Positions 40,760 through 54,913 of a DNA stretch of 64,000 bases are shown here, piece after piece. Source of the stretch: Vermamoeba vermiformis. Lineage: Eukaryota. Both the position numbers and the translations under genes were made by a program. The DNA is taken from assembly GCA_045837725.1 (NCBI GenBank), contig JBEWZL010000136.1, positions 124,001-188,000 of the forward strand, in the 5' to 3' direction. Each line of letters opens with the position of its first letter. The stretch's first letter is position 1. The notes below the pieces were generated by a model. That model ran no database searches, was not told the origin of the DNA, and saw only the letters and a program-made list of their open reading frames with translations.

Positions 40760-41494
40760 TTATTTATCAGGCGAAGTTCCAGTACACTGTTCAAGCGTGA
40801 CGCTGTCGGAATGAACGACGCACTGGTTCGCGAACATAAACATATTGTGTGGCTGAACATTACGCGTCTGGCAAGGCGTAGTGTTGCCCAGAGGGCTATA
40901 TGTATATATGGAATTATAACCATGGCATATTGAAGCCTCACACCAGACTTTGAAGTAAGGGGGTCCGTCCTTGATAATGATCGAGTGACCAGGAGGGTAC
41001 GCGTGAACAATCGGTGCTGTATTCCAATCACATACCGTCGTTCCAAGGGGGTAGTTAACTTTCATGTGCCAGTGGTTTAGTTTAGAGTCTATCGGCTCTG
41101 AATAATCGTTATGATCTGGAAATTTGTTCTGATCCAAATAAATCCAATATTTTTTTTCAGCGCGATCCTTGCACGGCATCTTTTTATACGTATCATTGCT
41201 AAGCTTATTCCATTGGTGTCCTTTCAATAGACAGTAGTTACAATTCGGATCAAAACAACTCCATTCGTTCCAATAGCCTGGTGAGCTCTGATTTATTTTT
41301 AAAAAGGTATTTTTGTCAGAAGTTATATCCGGTACGCAATTGCCGTTCATGTACATTAGCACTGGATACGTTTGGAAATTGGCCATGTTATCGCCATCGT
41401 AGCATTGTTGCCAAACCAACCAATCTGCATTACATGCCGCTATAAACCATAATAATAATACTAAAATACTATTATTGTGCACCATGTTGTTCAT
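40760..41494 (-). CDS. Intronless secreted cysteine/tryptophan-rich hypothetical protein
   Basis: Uninterrupted ORF; hydrophobic signal SILVLLLWFIAACNA-DW; many Cys; no family recognised. Confidence 0.7.
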   Translation of the reverse strand: MNNMVHNNSILVLLLWFIAACNADWLVWQQCYDGDNMANFQTYPVLMYMNGNCVPDITSDKNTFLKINQSSPGYWNEWSCFDPNCNYCLLKGHQWNKLSNDTYKKMPCKDRAEKKYWIYLDQNKFPDHNDYSEPIDSKLNHWHMKVNYPLGTTVCDWNTAPIVHAYPPGHSIIIKDGPPYFKVWCEASICHGYNSIYTYSPLGNTTPCQTRNVQPHNMFMFANQCVVHSDSVTLEQCTGTSPDK

Positions 41495-42063
41495 TGAATC
41501 AAACCTAAAATTTGTAGCGGCTATTTTGAACAACAACTTTCCGACTTTATTCCAGGGACGCACTTTCGGAGAAGTGTTCGGAAAAAGTTACACCGACCAT
41601 TCCCTATACTATCTTATGCGAGACCGTCTTTGGTGACCGTATTCGAAAAATTTTCACATCCTGCTAACGCTTTTTGCATACTATTCTTACCTTCCTTGTG
41701 CTCTATTTCTTCTCATTAATTTGAATTGCGATACAATAGCGTGTGTTCCGATTATGGCGAGTAGCCTTCTTTCTATGGTACGGACCGAAAACGTGACCAG
41801 AGATCTACGCAGCGGTTTACACTTTAAATTGTTATGATTTCCTTCTTAGTAAAATTCCAATTCAAGAACTGAAATGCATGACCGCGTACTCTTGCAATAT
41901 TAACTGGAGCTCCAGCAGCCAAGTCAGATCTTGGACCACATCCGTTTTTTTTGTTTTTGAAAGATGGTTTATTTTGTATTAATTTCGCAACAAACTAAAC
42001 ACCTTACAATACTAAAAATATTTCTACCTAATTACTTTACGCTGCAATTATATTCATCTGATT

Positions 42064-44144
42064 TTACTCAGGAATATCTGCATCGTCAGTAAATAAACTT
42101 TCGTCGATCGGAACATTACTGTTGTTATTATTTTCACCGTCTTCCTCCCCTCCACCGTCTTCGCCATCTTCACCGTCTTGCTCATTATTGTTATTGTTGT
42201 TAGTCTCGCCCTCCAATGAAGCTTGTTTCAGTCGCTCGACCAGATCGTCGTCGTGATCTTGCTCGTTCGGATCGTAGTTAAGAGGAGCGTCTTCAGGCTT
42301 AGTTTCTTCTTCGACTTCTTCCTCAACGTTTTCTTCCTTGAAGGCTTGAATGTCCAATGTTTCATCGTCGTCCACGAACAACTCCGGTCGGAAATCCAAC
42401 AACTCACGACCACTCATTTGAGCCTTGCCTTGCTTAATAGACTCTTGGCGTTCTTTTTCTTCTTTCTGTCGCTTCTCTTCTTTTTCTTGCAATTTCTTTT
42501 CTTTCCAGGCCTTGAATGTTTCCGGTGTGACAGGTGTCAATGGACCAGTCAGCTTCGAGCGCTATAATAACAAATCGTATTAATATATGGTACCACGTTA
42601 TGTACTAGGCATCTAGCATCATATAATAATAGTAATGCATTCAATTCAGCCTGAGATATTGTCCTTCAGGTACGAGATCTGGATCGCGTGCCAACTTCGG
42701 ATCCATTTTTTATAACGACTAATAGTATCTCTTATAAGCCTTACCAATTCTTCCAAAATCTCGTCGAGAGGTCTCTCTTCAACAGCTTCTTCTTTTTTAG
42801 CTTCTTTTTGTTTCAACACATAACCAGGAGGCAAAGCATGTCTGTACACGCACTAAAAATGGAAAGAGATCCGGTTAGTATATAATATATAGGAGCCTTA
42901 TAGTGTCTTATTTACTCACCTTTCCTCCGTTAGGGCACTCCCAAAACCAACCGTATTTCTTTTGTTCCAAAGCTTGCAAAAAGTGATTGCAGATCTGCAC
43001 CATGAAAAAAAATAATTAATTAGTTCATCCGTCAATTAATTAACAACCCAACAAATACTGCTTTAAGTAATATATATGCACATGTAATAATTTTTTAAAG
43101 CGTACCTTCTCGCTCTTGCCGTGCTCTTTGTGTTTCTGACCGACGACTTGTTCGAGGGTGGTCTGATCCCACGACTCCATGCCGCCCTTTTGCAACTCAC
43201 GCGGGTCACTGTACACATCAATAGTCGCGGCCTTGCGTTCAATAGCCATGTCGTGCGAGAACTTGCACTTGGCGCCCTTCGTGCACTGACCTTTCTTGAA
43301 GAATTCGCACACTACGGACTTAGGGTCGGCGCCTGCGTAAAAATAAAGGAAATATTAATAAAATATGCAGAATTATTATTATTGATGCATTTTAGCGCAA
43401 CGATCCGACAAACAAAAAATATTATTCCTATCGTATTATACAGCAAAATACGGTTAGAATTATTATATAAATCAAGTTGAAATAATATTAATTATTATTG
43501 GTTTTAAAATTAACGAATGGTACGGGAAGGAAATGAGAAAAACGATACGTACCTACAGGGACCTTCTGTTGCTTAATAACTGGTTTGAACAATTCAGCGA
43601 GCTCCTTTTCTCGTTGTTCCTTTTCTTTCTTTTCAGCCTAATCGATATTGGTTAGATTCAAATCCTGAATCAGAAAATGGCGCTTATTTCAGAATAATCA
43701 TAATACTACGTGCATAACCATATTAAATTATTTTCATTTGCGTAATGCATATTTTTATGCGATTGGCGGTTATTTCTTAATTTTTTGTGGATTTGGACAC
43801 GTATATCCGTTGAGTAATATTCAATAATTACCTTCTTTTGTTCTTTAAACAAGTCTGGGGGAGGTGCTTTCTATAATAAATAAATATTAGCCAAGTATTC
43901 CTTTTACAAACCAGAATCTAGCGCTGATCGTGTAGATAAGAGAAAAATTTGTTTAATTCTACAACGATAAATTCAATAATTATCCTCAATAATTATTTAC
44001 CTTATTCACCATGCTACTTTTTAAGTTCTGCACGACTTTTTGAGCCTTGGCTCCCTTCTTATTTTTCATACCGAAGGTCTTGTCTTCAACGGCCTTTGCT
44101 TTGGCCTTTTGTTGAGCTGCGTTAACTTTAGCCTTTGGTGGCAT
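42064..44144 (-). CDS. ZC3H15: CCCH zinc finger DRG-regulatory protein (ZC3H15/DFRP1/Tma46)
   Basis: [76 protein letters not shown]. Confidence 0.93.
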
Positions 44145-44561
44145 TATGTGCTGCTATTGTACAAGAGCTGTGGTTACTTGCTTTTTAAAAAAAAAATAAA
44201 ACGAAAATACTGCACGCGATCCAAAAAACTGAAAAAAGCGCGAACCGAGAATAACCGTAGAAATATCCGAATTTATGGAACTGATAATAATTGTATGATA
44301 GAGTTGAGATTCAGTCATGCTTTTGGATGTGTTTGTGTCATCATGCTCCAGAGTATTCCCACGGCAAGATTGATGTTTATTGTGGGCATGAGGCAATACT
44401 ATATAATGACTAATATTCTTGGACGCAATTGCAAGCACGTGGCTGAGAGCTGTCACAACCTCGCTTCGAGATTTTTTTCACTCAATCGAAACCTTGCACA
44501 AATCAATCGCGGTGCTAATAATAACGAATTTATTAATAAATTCGTTACTACACCACACATC

Positions 44562-46918
44562 ATGTCGAGTAAAGGTACGGGCATCGAATTCCGTGTTGAG
44601 TGGTTATTAACGCTTGCGGATGCATCATCCGTCCCGATAATTAATGCAACAATTGATTATGTGCATTTCTATTGATTATATTGCTAGTATAAATAGTAAT
44701 TAATTGAATTTCTAGGCAAAGACGAACATTCAGGCGAAGAAGTTGAACTTGCGCTAGATAAGGACGGCAAATTGTCGTTATTTAAGAAAAAGAAATGGAA
44801 GGAATATTACGTTGCCCTTAGTGGTGGTGCTCTCTACGTTAAAAAATCAGAAAAGGTAAAGTAGACTTATTTATTAAATATTTAATCAAAAAAAAGTTAT
44901 GGATTGCGCAAATCTGGTGCTACGCACGCCAGTTTCAATTTACAATGAGCATAGTATTATCGTTTACTGCTAAACATTGAAGCCTAAAGCGCGAATACCG
45001 GATTAATTGTCAATTTCGGCATAATTTTTTGAACCATCTAATCCATAAAAAGAAAACTCCGGATTCAACTTGGCTAAAATTAGCCCACGCATCTAATTCT
45101 ATTATACATATCATATTAAATATTTCAACACCGCCAAAGGCGTAAAATCGAGCGATGCCGGCTCACAAAATTTAATTTTATGTTTTAACTGTACTCAGTG
45201 CCTTCTATTGCTTGATAATACGAAAAAGCATCTAAATATCGCGCAATATACTTACGCCTTATATTCTTTGCGCTTTTTTCGTTTCAAGAACAGATCCGAT
45301 TCGTGGGTTTAAACTTTACGATCGAGCAGTCTCAAACCTTTTACCAGCTAACTGATTTTGCTTATATTACTAGGACAATACTATTCAAGTGATGATCAAG
45401 CTTAAAGGCGCTAGAGTCGAGGCTACAACAGACAAAAAGAAAGAGCACTGCTTAGTGGTTGAATCTGACGGCGAGACATACCTGTTCTCCGCTGAAAATG
45501 ATGCTAGTGTTACCGAATGGGTGGCTTCTATTAAGGAGAACTTAAATAAGGAGCCTGGTGAGGCTGGCAAGGGATCTAAAATGGTACGTGGATCGAGACA
45601 ACGAATTACTTAATTTAGCTTTAATTACCGCAACCGATTCATATAATAAGTCTAGCATTATGACGGTGATTCAATATTAATACCTTATTTAGAAACAAAC
45701 ACGAGCCATGAAGGCTAAAAAGAGCATTGGTGGCAAGGTCGCAACTTCTCAAGCTGGCAAGGTAAATTTATTATAAACATAATATTATTTTAAAAGCAAT
45801 TATATTTGTTGTAATTATGCATTAGTTTTATCTCGCGGTCCCCTATCAAATTTTTTGCTTGCAATTGCCGTTGGCTTTAAAAGCTAAAATATTCGGTTGA
45901 AATAATCAATTTTTTTCAGAATACTATTGATATAGTAGTATTATACTATAATAGATTTGCTAACGCACGTTATTCAGGCCATGATCCGCGACTTCCTCGG
46001 TCCCGATATTGAAGTTATTCTCAAAGGCCTGAAGAAGGCTTGCGGTCTCGTGGAGAAGAAGAAGTCGAGCGAGATTGAAAGCAACATTATCAGATTGAGC
46101 GTCAAGGTCATCATCTTGTACCGCGATAAGATTGTCAGCGATGCTGGTAAGTATTTAGTGTTAGAACTGCTTTAAAGAGTAATACGCTCGAGTATATATA
46201 ATATCAGTGATGATAGCACTAAGTGTATGCTATATTTAATATAATATTCAAAATAGCAATATTTTTGTAACGGATCAAGTTCGAACCAGATCTCCAATCG
46301 AGGAGGTTTAAATTAGTTAGCTAATTATATTAAGACTTTAATTATTGTTAAAAAGAACAATAATAGTATTTAATTCGTTATATACGCATTACTAAGCAAG
46401 ATTTTTTTCTAGAGTTGTTGAAGATCCGAGACAGCGGCAAGGAGTTGTGGATGGCTGCGCTAGACATGTTTGAAATGAGCTTTGCTTACGATCAAGCCAA
46501 ATTATCAAATATTTTGGAGAAGTTGTCTGAGGATATTTACAAGACTTTGAAGATCCATATTTCTGACGAAAACTTGGCTATGTAAGTACTCTTTTCTATT
46601 TATATACGATATTCATAAGCTATATAATATAATTAGCATGTATCTTCAACGATAGAAGTATTCTTTTGGTAGATCTTGCTACGTTTTAATTTTTTTTGCG
46701 AGATCTTCGAAGATTTTGTTCTCTTTTTATCAAATTTCAATGCTAATACTAGTTATAGGTTGAAGGAGACATTCGATTTCCTGAGCTCCATTCCTGTTAT
46801 TGAAAAATTGTTCGTCGCTGAAGAGACGGAGAAGATGCGCTCAGAAATGTGCGAAGCTTTAAGAAGAATGTGGAATAAATTCGTCTTGGGCCAGCCTGAT
46901 GAAGAGAAGAAAAAATAA
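44562..46918 (+). CDS. PH domain + TIPE/TNFAIP8 (DUF758)-like protein
   Basis: PH: KKKWKEYYVALSGGALY..TYLFSAENDASVTEWVASI. TIPE-like: AMKAKKSIGGKV..SEIESNIIRLSVKVIILYRDK..FEMSFAYDQAKL..HISDENL..LKETFDFLSS. Confidence 0.8.
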
Positions 46919-47158
46919 GAACAATTAATGGCAATTTCAACTCTATTTATGGTCGAATCTGAAAGAAAAAACGAGCCAAGTTTAGCGATCTTGCTTTGCT
47001 GTTTCAAATTCAGATTTAACCTCAAAACGTTTTATTTAAACAACTTGTACTTTATATATCATAATATAAACCATTTATTTAAAGTTAAAGGCAGGCGAAA
47101 GCGAGATCTCGAAAAATTTTGCTTTTACAAATTTGTTAGCGACTTAAGTACCACTAAT

Positions 47159-48766
47159 ATGGCGATAAATATAGCACTCATAGGAGCTGGTTTGTTTGCA
47201 AAGGATGCACATATTCCTGCACTCACCAAACTTAAGGATTGTTTCAATCTGACGGCAATCTGGAGCAAAACGCAAAAATCAGCCGAGGAAGCAGCGAAAT
47301 CGATTGAAAAGTAAGCATTATATTAAAATTGATCCATATTTTCTGTTTAAGATTACTTTTGGCATTGCAATGTCAACAAAAATAATTCAAAATTAAATTT
47401 TCAATTCAAACGGAGCTTCTTCCGATTATTGAGCTTCAGAATAGTCATTATTTAAATAGGTTACCCCTAGAAAAATAATTAAAATCATTCTTATGTTTTT
47501 GACAGGGAGATCAGCATTTACTCTGACGATGATGGCCTTACAGAGCTATTAAAGCGAAGCGATGTTCATGCAGTCGATATATTAGGTAATTTAATTAATT
47601 ATAATTGATTTAAGTAATTACTTAAAATACGAACCTTAATGACGAGATCTGACGCTTTTTAGTACCACCGATGAATATGGCGTCAGTGGTCGAGCAATGT
47701 CTTCGCGCAGGCAAACACGTCATCAGCGAGAAGCCAGTAGCAGGTACTTACGAGGATGCAGTCAAATTGAACCAGCTCTATCACGACGAGTTTCAATCGC
47801 GCGGACTGGTCTGGGCTGTCAGCGAGAACTGGGCTTTTGAACCCAATTTCTTGCGCGTAAGTCACTCTTTACCATTCAAAATTTGCATTGGTAGTGCAAC
47901 AACCTTGCCTTGGAAAAGTTTTTTTTGGAGTCATGTTTAGTCCCTAAGCAGATAATAATAGTATTGTTTTACAGGTCCGAGACATGATTCAATCTGGTGA
48001 GTTGGGCAGATTAGTTGCAATCACATGTCAAATATCGCTACACGTGTCACCTGATGATCGGTACTTCAATGCTTTTTGGCGCAAAGGCACGCACCAACCG
48101 GTACGAAAACAACATTGTACGTGCTTCGAGATGCTTAAACAGTTTTTCTATATAGGGAGGCTTTGTAACCGATGGTGGAGTACATCATATTGCGGGACTG
48201 CGAGCTATGGGCGGAGAAGTGACACGTGTCAAAGGCTCTGTTGCGCACTTCAAAGTAAGCGCCGTGATTTTAGGTTTATAACTTAACACAGCTTTCCATA
48301 GGACTTTATCCCTAAATACGACACTTATGCTGGCACGTTCGAGTTCGCTAATGGAGGTAACAACGAGCACGTGACTAGACCTCAGTACTAAACACCTTTG
48401 CACTAGCTATTGGCACGATGCTCGTCACCTTTGCAGCGAGTAAAGAAGCAGCCGAGAACAAATCCGTGCCCGAGTACATTGTCATTTGTGAGAAGGGCAC
48501 TGTCTTCGTGAACAGAAGCAGGTAAAACACTAAGCACTTGATTAACATGAACGAGTTATTGTAACTTAGTTTACGATAGTTTGAATGTCATCGGACCTGC
48601 TAGTAACAATTATAAGCCTATTGAATGGCGCGAGTCACTAGCCATCGAAGATTCGTTGCGCGCGTTCTACGAAGGAATTGCCAAAAAAGGACAATCGTTT
48701 TACAAGCCTGAACAGGCGTTGAAAGATTTGGAATTAGCGACGGAGCTTATGAAAGACAAGCAATAA
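47159..48766 (+). CDS. Gfo/Idh/MocA family NAD(P)-dependent oxidoreductase
   Basis: INIALIGAGLFAKDAHIPAL, AGKHVISEKPVA, VSENW, GGFVTDGGVHHIAGLR. Confidence 0.92.
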
Positions 48767-48941
48767 ATGACCACGTGATCGGGTTGTAGGGGCTGGTCCC
48801 TGCCACGTGATCGGACAGCGGAACGGAGTTTGACACGTGTCATCTAGATTGGCACGTGCTTCTTTTCGATTTTGTGATTCTGTCCCCTCGCGATCTGGCA
48901 CGAATGTTTCATTATTACTTAACTATAAGACCACTATAACT

Positions 48942-50505
48942 ATGTTGTCCGGACATCGCACAAGACAGATCTCTGAAAATTTAATCGTGTTAACCAAAGA
49001 AGAATGGAAGACTATGAGTATGGGTACTTCGCGTACAAAAGATACGAGTCAAAGTGGCACCGTGGAATTTAAAGTGATGAAATTAGCTGGAAATAATTTG
49101 GTAAGCAAAAAGTATCCTGGATTTGTTTACCTACCTGAGGTTGGAATTTACTACGAAAATCTTAATTATCGGTTATTACATTCCTATTATTAAAGCTTTT
49201 GCGTAATAACAGTACTATATTTTAGACTCAAATTGCAGCCATGAACTTGGAAGTTTGGCCGAGCACCTCATCCGGAAGCGATTACTTAGCAGCAAGTACG
49301 AAAAGAAGATTCCCAATTATATGACGATGATTAATATATTTTTAGTCACCGGAAGCCGCTTATGCGTTGCTTATACGAAGCGTCCTAATGAATCACTTTT
49401 TGAACTCTTCGAGATCAGCGAACAAAACAAACAAATTCTGTTAAAAGCCTCATTAGTACTTGACAAGCCTCTCCGGCCATCATCCATTATAGCAATTTCT
49501 GATCAAGTCTTCTTGGTAAATAGATCTGATCCAGTTGACACGTGTTACCAGATCCGGACTTTGTGCGATGTCCTGATGCTTATTTTTAGGGATTCAATGG
49601 GCAAGTTGGCTTGATAAATTTGGCTGAACGCAAATTATCCTTAGATTTGTTCCACAATTGGCACGAAATGGTCGAAGCAACGGATGTCAACAAAGCAGGT
49701 ACGGATCTTGGCCATTAAGCGATATGTTAGTACTAATATATTTATATATAGTCGATGTATTTGCATATGACTCCGTTACTGCCGCAAAGACATTAGTAGC
49801 TATTGATGGCTTTGTTTCAAACAAGCACGCGTTCAACTACGATTTGAGCAAACACCCACCAAAGGTAAAGCCCATAATTTTATGGATTTTTATCAATTTT
49901 ATTTAAAACTTAGAACATGGGACACTTTGATTTGCCACCTGGAACGAATGAACATTATCATAGCGCTGCCAAACACGGCGAAACACTTTTACTATTAGCC
50001 AGTTTCTTCCATCACGACGGAAAAGGTAATTTTGATAATCACGTGTTTATCGAGCTTAATTTCTATTTTAGGAAATCGAATTGTCGTGATGAACGGATCC
50101 GAGGTGAAACATTCAATTTATGAAAATGCAACTTGGCAGTCACACGCGACAGGATTATTCGACGAGATTTACACCAATTTCTCATCAATAGGACTGCTTA
50201 ATAATAACATTATGATCGTTAGTGCCGGTGAACGAGGAGTCATCGCAATTCCGCTCGAGTCGCTCGGTGCGACACGTGATGTTGACTGTAAAAAATTGGA
50301 CAACGTCAAACGAATCAAAATCGGCCAATTGGCTCATCGCTTTGTGACCGCCAAGGACAAGACATATGCACTAGTTGTGGCGTCAGACGAGAATAACAAC
50401 ACGATATTAGCTCAGTTGAAGTGGTCGTCAGACAAGACTGATTTCGAGCTCGTTCAATCTCATCAAATTACAGGAAATTACCAACGACTATTCATCGAAG
50501 ATTAA
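48942..50505 (+). CDS. Hypothetical beta-rich protein, possibly a beta-propeller (LVIVD-like segment)
   Basis: Chain of plus-strand exons with GT-AG junctions. IMIVSAGERGVIAIPLE resembles propeller blade repeats. Family not established. Confidence 0.45.
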
Positions 50506-50630
50506 ACTCAGTGGATTGATATAAATGCATGTACATTAGAACCACACCTGATTAATTCGCGGCGTTTATTGTTCCGTTTGAACTTCTTACCTATTTTGGT
50601 AACATTACATTTATTTACAACTCTAACTAT

Positions 50631-52623
50631 TTACATATTTACTGATCTTGCCGAACTAATATCCGATGCGTATCTAGCGCTAGACATATGCACGCTGTTG
50701 TGGCTGTTATTCGATGAAGTATGATTGCTCCTGCTTGAGGAGCTGACTGGCAATTCAAACGCCAGAATATTCGTTAATGAAGCTGCATTGATGACACAGT
50801 ACGCGATGTACCATGATAATGGGAAGCCTATAGTGTGTACATTAGTCCGTTACCTCAAATTTTTTTCTGAGAATTAATTTTTGTACTGACCAATTGGCGT
50901 GTAAACCAATCCTGTAGCGAAAAGTACGGCCAAAATGACGAATATGAACATGAAACCGCCGTTAACTAATGTTCGAATAGTACTCTAAAGATATAAATTA
51001 GAAGATCAGGTGCAGTTCTTAGGCGCGATCCACGTACGCGTTTCAAACTAGCGGACTTCTTTCCGGTTTTGCTATCCTTCAAACGCTTCAACAATTTAGC
51101 GCCAGTGATAGTAAAGAATACAATAACGAAGACTAGAGACACCAAATAGAACGCCGCTGTGAGATCAAGGTCAGTACTTTTTTGGTACATCCGGTAATTT
51201 CGAGTTGCTTACCAGTAACAATATTAATACTAATGAATGTAGTTAAGTTCTGCACCGTATTTTTGGTGACTTGAAGTGCCAAGAAGAACGATGAAATGAC
51301 GAAGAATGGAATTCTCATTTTGATGATGAACGGATGCACGATGATCGACTCGTTTGTCATCAATTCGTGCCAGTATAATATGAACAATAAGAACGACGAT
51401 ATGATGAATGGAAAGCAGAGCTCGCCGAGCATAATTACAGCCCAGTCCGGGTACCAAAAGTTTGATCCAAAGAAATCGATGTCCGCTACAATCCGTACTA
51501 ATGCAAAACAGTATTAATTTCAGATTATAAGGCTATTCTTAGTATTTTGATATATGCTTACTTAAGTTAGAGGCTATTTCAATCGATAAGACCCAGTTCG
51601 CCATTGACTCGGTGCATCCGCCGTAATAATCGGTGAACTTGCGCAACTGTATTATAGCCATGACAATATTGACGACAGAGAATGCGATCATTGAGACTAT
51701 ATAAGGTATTAGTAAGTTAAGTCAGCCTAAGTTTAATTACCAATCCACGCGACAATCCATCCGGAACTCATGACGTCTACCCAAGGATTTTTTTCAGCTA
51801 AAATGGAAATTAAGTAACGGAATATTTTCTTAATTAAGTATTACCGTCAGGAAGAATAGAAATTGAGACTATTTGATCGTCAGTGGCCAATTGCACGATC
51901 AGATCGGCTCCATCGTTAGCGCCGTAAATGACGTAGCCAACTTCAATAACGGTAATATTAACTTGACTAGCAGCTTCCCTATTATTCATACGATACTGCA
52001 TGTAACCTCCAACAGCTAAAAATAAACCAGTCAGCATCCGGATTTGTAGTGGGATCCTACCGATTGTACTGGAGGCACATATAACTCCAATAGCGCCTTT
52101 ATTTTGAGCAATGACGACTTGTTCTTCTATTGGAAGCGCGCTGTATATCAGCAGGAAGTTGTTGTCGATCGAATCTGGATCCAAAGTCACTGAAGCGGTC
52201 AGAGTTTCAGTTAATGGCTTAACTGAGCTTCCTGATAACAAAATAGTTAGATATCTATCGTATGCTCTTTTCATGAAGCATAGTTAGCGTCTATTTTTGG
52301 ATCCGGCAGCTGGAGATTAAGTAATGGCCAGGTACAATGATTATATTATTAAAAATGGCAATGATGTAAAAAAAATAGCGCACGATAATTATATTTAACT
52401 CGATTCGAGCTCAATTCTTTCAAGTCTATTATTTGCTTGGATCGAAAAAAAATGGTGCAAATCCTGTGAATCCGTTTAACGCCTTACCTTGATAGAATAT
52501 TTGATAACCTTCGACTTCTTTAAATTCTCCATTTTTTGTATTTACAATTATATTTGCCGTTACTGCCTGCACGATTAAAATAACCGCGTAAAGCAAAACT
52601 GGGCTGGTGGATCCGCTTCGCAT
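50631..52623 (-). CDS. Signal peptide + PA (protease-associated)-like domain + 7 TM receptor-like protein, copy A
   Basis: PIEEQVVIAQNKGAIGVICASS..VNITVIEVG (PA-like); NPW linker; seven hydrophobic segments; Ser-rich tail. Confidence 0.75.
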
Positions 52624-53062
52624 CACAGTACCATCGTATACGCTGCAAATGTGCTGTTAATTTATGTTCTGCTGTTTTAGACGTAATTGGTTAATCAGTA
52701 AAATTGCCTTTGGGAAGTTAAACCGCATCTCGGAGTGCGGAAATTCTTAAAACATTTACTTATTAGGAAAGTCGCACAATAAGTGCCATGTTTTTTGAAA
52801 CATACCTAGCTGGCAACGTTGAGGCTTGGCAACGAACGTGGGACAAATGCTTCACCGCCGGGACGTTCCGCCGTTGTACGGCATGCTTTAGAAGGAACCT
52901 TTTAATTAAATAAATATAGTACAATTGGTTCGCTGAAAAGTAAATTTATACAAGTCACTTGCTAACGCAATTTCGGCTGCGTCTATTTTTGCTGCCTCGT
53001 CTAAAATTAGATCTTAGTACACACCCAGATGCAACTCTAATAAATAACAAAACTTACTATTT

Positions 53063-54913
53063 TTAAGGCTCGTTAACTTGATCAGGCTCGACAGCAATAC
53101 TCGTAGTCTTGAGGGAAGAGGTTCCATGACTTTTGCTCTTGCTGGACCAGTTTGTCGGCAGCTCAAACGCCAAAATATTCATTAAGGATGCGGCACTAAC
53201 TACCGCATAGGCGATGAACCACGTAATAGGCAAAACTAACAAGATTAGAGATTAGCGATTTACGGATGCATGGGTAGCACTTACGAATAGGGGTGTATGG
53301 AATGCCGGTAACGAAGATTAAAGCTAACACTAGGAATACCAAGATGAAGCTGCCGCTAATAAGAACTTTTATCGTGCTCTGATAAGAAAGTTAAAGTTGA
53401 GCGTAAAAATGAACGAGATCTCGCACCTTTGTGAGGTTGACGGTTCGACCAAGATTCTTGCTTTGGCGCAATCTCAACAGCAATTTAATGCCAGTAACAG
53501 CATATAGAACAATGATAAAGATGAACGAGCCAAGGTAAAAAGCAGCTGAAAAAAAGTGCGTCAGATCTTGGATTCGCTCCCGCGTTGTTGACTTACATGT
53601 GATGATATTGCTCTCGGCTAGTCCCGTCAGATTTTGTACAATAGTTTTAGTCACTTGAACGGCCAGAATGAATCCAGAAATGACGAAGAAAGGAATCTTC
53701 ATTTTGACGATGAACGGATGCACGACGACCGAGGCACTTGTCATCAATTCTTGCCAATATAGCGTGAATAACAAGAACGAAGCGACTACGAATGGAAAGG
53801 AGAGCTCGGCTAGCATTCCTGCAGCCCAGTCTGGGTAGAGGTAATTCGATCCGAAGAAATCGAAGCAGCACACAACCCTAACTGAAGCACGTGTTAGAAA
53901 AAACACAATTTCTTGACTTTAATATAAATTGATAATTTGTAGACCTTACTTAGGTTGGAGCCAATTTCGATTGAAAGAACGTAAATCGCGACTGCCTGAG
54001 TGCATCCACCGTAGAATTTACCGAACTTGCAGAGTTGAAGAATGGCCATGACTATATTCGCCGAGGAGAAGAGTATGAAGAATACTACAAACTGTTAATA
54101 CTATGCCGTGCTTTAAAGCATAAGCTTACCGTTCCAGGCGTGAATCCAACCAGACGAATAAACAACCACCCAGGGATTCGGTTTATCTATCTACTGATTA
54201 ATTTTTTGATCGTATGTCATAAATATCCTGCGCGTACCGTCGGGCATCAAAGTTATATTGGCGATCTGATTGTTTGTTGCTAAATTTAGCAATCGCTCGG
54301 AACCAAGTCCAGCTCCAATTTCGACGTAACCAACATCGATAACAGTAATATTAACCTCACTGGCCAATACCCTATCGTTCCATCGATATTGCAACTCTCC
54401 TCCAACAGCTGAAAAGTTCTAATTAACAACTGAAATTTCCGCAAGAGAATCGGAATCGTACCTGCACCGCTCGAAGCGACGACGACGGCAATTGCACCAT
54501 TATTTTGTGCTTGCACGACCATGTTCTCGACAGGACTACCACTATACACTAAGAATATGCTTTGGTTTACCGACGACAGATCCATCGAAACGGATGCTGT
54601 TAAAATTTCGCTTAGCGGTTGAACTGAGCTTCCTGTGGACATAATAATCAAAATTATGCTAAATATCGTCTTGAAATTGATATAGACGTCGTATTATTGC
54701 TGCTTGTATTATTATTCGATTGCCAATAATTTTTGTGTTGGTTTATTAATCGTTAATGATTATAATGGTACACTTACCTCTATAAAATATTTGATATGCT
54801 TCTAGCTCTTCAGAAGTTCCATCGGTCAGATTGATAACGATATTGCCCCATGTCATGGAGTTGTTTGACATTAATAGTAACACCAACACGATGACATATA
54901 ATTGTGCTGGCAT
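53063..54913 (-). CDS. PA-like domain + 7 TM receptor-like protein, copy B
   Basis: MPAQLYVIVLVLLLM signal; PVENMVVQAQNNGAIAVVVASS; FLLFTLYWQELMTSASVVVHPFIVKMKIPFF; NILAFELP. Confidence 0.75.

Noticed and set aside
52800-52895. GC-rich intergenic patch starting ATACCTAGCTGGCA, reminiscent of the U1 snRNA 5' end
   Set aside because: Two mismatches in the splice-site pairing region, and no U1-70K/U1A loops or Sm site.
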